Under the pieces are notes generated by a model. It was not told the origin of the DNA. It saw only the letters and a list, made by a program, of their open reading frames with translations, and did no database searches. Positions 60,131 to 64,000 of a stretch of 64,000 nucleotides of DNA are shown here, one piece after another. The stretch covers positions 25,172,001 to 25,236,000 of the forward strand of contig OZ249442.1 of the NCBI GenBank assembly GCA_965235115.1. Reading direction: 5' to 3'. Each line of letters begins with the position of its first letter. Position 1 is the stretch's first letter. A program made the position numbers and the translations under genes. The DNA comes from Laetmonice hystrix (taxonomy: Eukaryota).

Positions 60131-61273
60131 AACACCACGACTGACCGCAGTTGTATGTCTACCTTGTTGACACCTTGTGAACACCTTGACGTGGGCACCA
60201 TTAACACCTCCGTCTTAAGGATGTGGGAGAGCCCATAGAGAATTTATCAAATGCGACGGTTGGCTCGGTTTCAGCGCGGATTTCAACTGGCGGACTGTGT
60301 GTGGGGTCGACCCCACCTTGGAAAAAGCTGGTTACACCCATGAAGTTCTATGTATAAAGACAACAGGCGCCGATTCACGCCAAGAGATCGGGAATCGGTG
60401 CGATCGCAGCGCTACCTAGCGTACAGTAGCAAACGCATGCGCTCCTCACATGATCAAATACTGTACGATGATTGGCCAGGGCCCGGTTTTTTGTTTCCCG
60501 CTAGGGAATCCCAACTAAAGGATTAATAACTGAGTTAACACAGGGGGCGTTTCCCCCGCCGGGGCGTCTTGCCCCAGCCTACTCTAGGCCCTATTATTCA
60601 GTAGGCTACTTAGGGACTGACAATTCTCGTATTTCAGATCAGTTTTCCTATTATGGGCCCGGAAGACGCAACAGACTCAACCAGTATTTGTGAAAATCCA
60701 GAATTTTTCACACGTTAAAAATTGTACAGACCTTTTAGGCCTATTTATTAGTTTGAACGTCATGCAGGTAATCTAGGTCTTGATATATGTTGATATGTAC
60801 ACTAATATGTTATATGAAGAACGTTGGTGATTGGTGGTGGTAAATATAAATTGACTGAGAAACATCAGTTTTAGTTTTGATGTTACTATCAGTGTCCAAA
60901 TGTTACCAACGTTTCAGGTTATAGAATCAGTAGCTTCATGTCGGGCGAGGTGAACGAGCGCGTGTTGCCGGACTCGTGCGTGCGATCCTCAGACGTGGGC
61001 GAACTCTCCACTTTACGAGGGTCAACTTAGCATATTAATTAAAGGAAATCAGTCCGAAATTATTTTAAGAGGTTTCTAGCAGTCTGGTACCATGGCGCGT
61101 CCATATCGTCAATATTTTTAATTAATTGATTAAGCGTTTACCTATTTGGCTAGAGACGAGAGCACGCGAATCAAATCATGCCCTTATTTGGATTATGGGG
61201 GAGGGCGGGAGCAGGGGACCAGTCAGGGGGAGCAGTGCGACGCAGCGCATGCGCTGTGTGATAGGGCCGCCAT

Positions 61274-61676
61274 CAGGGGCGCCGGAAGCAAATTATTATT
61301 GGGGGGGGGGGGGGGGCAAATGAGCTGAAGCGAAAGTCATAGGCTACAACATGTTTAGTAAAGCAGGGTCGGAGGACCTCCCCAAGAAAATTTTAAAAAC
61401 TACACACCCTAAAACGCTTTTCTACGCCATTGTAAGGCAGGATTTTTTTATGTTTTGAAGGCGTGAATGAATAAATTACAATGTATCATTAGGACAATCG
61501 ACCCAGTCTTTGACGCACCCAAGTCATGGCTTCAACAGGCCTACTGTATGTGGAAAAACCTGCCCTTTTTCATTCATGATCACAGATTATTGGGGGGGGG
61601 GCGATGCCCCCCCCCCCCCCAACCAGATTATTGAGGGGGCGGTTGCCCCCCCTGCCCCCCGCTTCTGGCGCCTATG
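61274..61676. mobile_element. 403-bp hAT-type MITE with 8-bp TSD GCCGCCAT
   Basis: Termini CAGGGGCGCCGGAAGC / GCTTCTGGCGCCTATG; GCCGCCAT at 61266-61273 and 61677-61684. Confidence 0.85.
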
Positions 61677-61946
61677 GCCGCCATGACTGTTAGCATGGTT
61701 AGGGCGACAGTTTTCTAGGTTCTCAGTCCATTGAGATGAAAAATATGGGATGTATCGCCTCATTATGGCTCATAATCAACAACAGACCTAGCATAGCATA
61801 GCATAGGATAAATTCAAGATCAGGTAAGTTTGAAATACGCGAATTCGTAGGAGATGGGGACACCGCCCTGACAAAACTCGGCGGCCCTAGGGTGATTGAT
61901 TACCTTTAAGCTAGGTTTATTAGGAGAAACAACCAATGTCGCAGTG

Positions 61947-62139
61947 NNNNNNNNNNNNNNNNNNNNNNNNNNNNNNNNNNNNNNNNNNNNNNNNNNNNNN
62001 NNNNNNNNNNNNNNNNNNNNNNNNNNNNNNNNNNNNNNNNNNNNNNNNNNNNNNNNNNNNNNNNNNNNNNNNNNNNNNNNNNNNNNNNNNNNNNNNNNNN
62101 NNNNNNNNNNNNNNNNNNNNNNNNNNNNNNNNNNNNNNN
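61947..62139. other. Assembly gap (193 N)
   Basis: run of n. Confidence 1.
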
Positions 62140-63295
62140 CTTCTTGGAAGGAGACGAGACCAATGCGTAACGGGTGCTCTATTGGTGTATATCCCGTTTA
62201 GACAGGGCCAGAGGTGAGAGAAATCTGTGCCGGTAGCCCCCCGCTCGGCTGTTCCACTATCAGCCACTACCCCCTCATGAGTCGTGGAGAGTTGGGTGGT
62301 CAGCGGTCAGGGATGGTAAGGGATAGCTAAAAGGCAAGCGACAAAGGGTGTCACTAAATAAAATGACTGATTACGGGTGTTACTAAATTGAATGGAAGGG
62401 CTGAATCTGTATAGAATATATTTTTCTCAATTAAAGGGAAATGTGAGTGTTCAAAGCGCCACCTAGTGAGCCGCGTTGGTACCACGGGGAAAATGTGAGT
62501 ATTCAAAGCGCCGCGTAGTGAGCTTTAAAAGAAAACTGTTTGGCTTATTTATGCAGTCAACTAGTTTGATCTGGAAATCAGAAATATGTTTTAAACAATT
62601 AACCAAACTGTGTGCCAGAACCTGTCTACTCCATTGAATGCTACAGTTAAGACCCATGTTTTACCAAGGCACTGACTGTTTGGCAGGCTGTAGCTTTTTT
62701 GTTGTTTCGGTGACCCCCAATTTTTTTTGTTTTAAACTATTAGTCTTGATCCACTTTATCTTGTCACCGAGTTTTAGGAGAAAATTGGTGGTCATTTTTT
62801 AACTATTAGTCAAAATGTCTGAAAAATCCTGTTTTTCCCATTGAAACCTATAGTAAAGACCCTAACTCTAATTCTAACTCTAAAAATCTAATTCGGTGAC
62901 ATGATTTTTTTTGGTTTCTTTGTACTCCTAAGGACAAAGGCTATCCCCATAAAAATATTTTGAAAATTCTAGTGGTGGATTCGAACACTCACATTTCCCT
63001 TTAACATCACCGAAAGGTGCACACAAACTACGCTTTTGGGAGCTGGCTGACCTGCCTGCGCATGTAGAATGTGAACCCTTGTGGATACCTCCTCCTGGCT
63101 GAACAGATCACTGTTTCATAGAGGTTTGGGTGGGCTTTCCCTGCTCCACATAATTATATCCCCACAACACCCGCTGACCCCCCAACTCCCCTCCAACTCC
63201 GTCCACGCCTCAGTGAGGTGGGGGGGGGGGGTGTAGTGTCAGGGAGTGGAACAGCCGAGCGGGGGTCTACCGGAACAAATTTCTCACACCTTCGG

Positions 63296-63415
63296 CCCTG
63301 TTCCGGCTAGATATGTCCGAACGGCTAGTTATGTCCAACAAGAGATATGTCCGCAAGCATGAGCTAGATGTGTCCGGAGAAATTGATATGTCTGCAAATA
63401 TCAGCTAGATGTAAA
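63296..63415. mobile_element. Truncated second copy of the 32491 MITE
   Basis: ccctgttccggctagatatgtccgaacggct.. matches the 32491 left end. Confidence 0.75.
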
Positions 63416-64000
63416 CTGCCGGTCTCGCTCAGCCTTGGCATATCTATTTTAATACATCGCTGAAACAGAAAAATTGAGACCAACTAAAAGAAATCAGGGA
63501 TTGGTCTGACTCTTCAGGGTCAAAGTCCTAACGTTCGTATCTGGCGTCTGGAGACATACGATAGCCCATTGAGAGTCAACTGGTTTGGAACCTTGCCGCA
63601 GTTTGATCACACTGACGGGGTACGGGTTCTATTTCTAGAACCCTTTTAGAAGAGTTGTCCACGGATCTTCGAGTTACACCCTCACCTCTCCCTCGTGGAC
63701 ACCAACCGAGCCGAACTCTTCGTACTGTCAGGTTTTCAACAGCGTCTGTTCCAGACTACGACCGAACGTGGAGACCCGAGTCTCGCCTTTCCTAGACAGT
63801 TGTAAAGTGTTACTAATTGCTTTATATACCCACCCTGTTGGTCGGGTACCAAAGGACAGGTGTGACAGACCCAGCACAGGGGTTGATCACGATATTAATC
63901 TATATCTCAGCGAAATCACAAACCTTAAGGTAGTTGCGTTGTAGGTAAACATTTAAGCATAGTTTTAAAAATGCATTTGTCTTGATTCTTAACATTTGGT

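Noticed and set aside
60561-60587. Second Helitron-like hairpin followed by CTAG
   Set aside because: The stem is only 5 bp and CTAG is followed by G rather than T.
61896-62267. ORFs spanning poly-X
   Set aside because: Artefacts of the N gap.

Overview
Animal genomic DNA, probably from an invertebrate: GT-AG introns, a (CCCTAA)n tract and MITE/Helitron-type elements, with no prokaryotic features or CRISPR. The species cannot be determined from sequence alone. One large intron-rich gene dominates the + strand. I assembled 22 exons by hand (17872-55902; 4512 nt, every splice phase-compatible, about 1503 aa). Three weaker upstream exons (5396-5549, 10660-10710, 13120-13178) would add a signal peptide and give about 1591 aa. 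The product is an LRP-like type I membrane protein: 3x(YWTD beta-propeller + EGF), an EGF, an ephrin-receptor-like Cys repeat, a sushi-like domain, a domain with a polybasic furin-type site, a second Cys repeat, a TM helix and a tail with an IAYEEI motif. No LDL-A repeats, NPxY or PPPSP motifs were found. About half the window is about 39 mutually unrelated minisatellites, which produce nearly all the long ORFs in the track. The most striking signal is that six arrays are tandem copies of this gene's own exon-intron junctions. They include an in-frame acceptor ladder, an AG-6nt-GTAAGT ladder, a six-copy EGF exon array, and an exon-end array whose junctions are filled with telomeric repeat.
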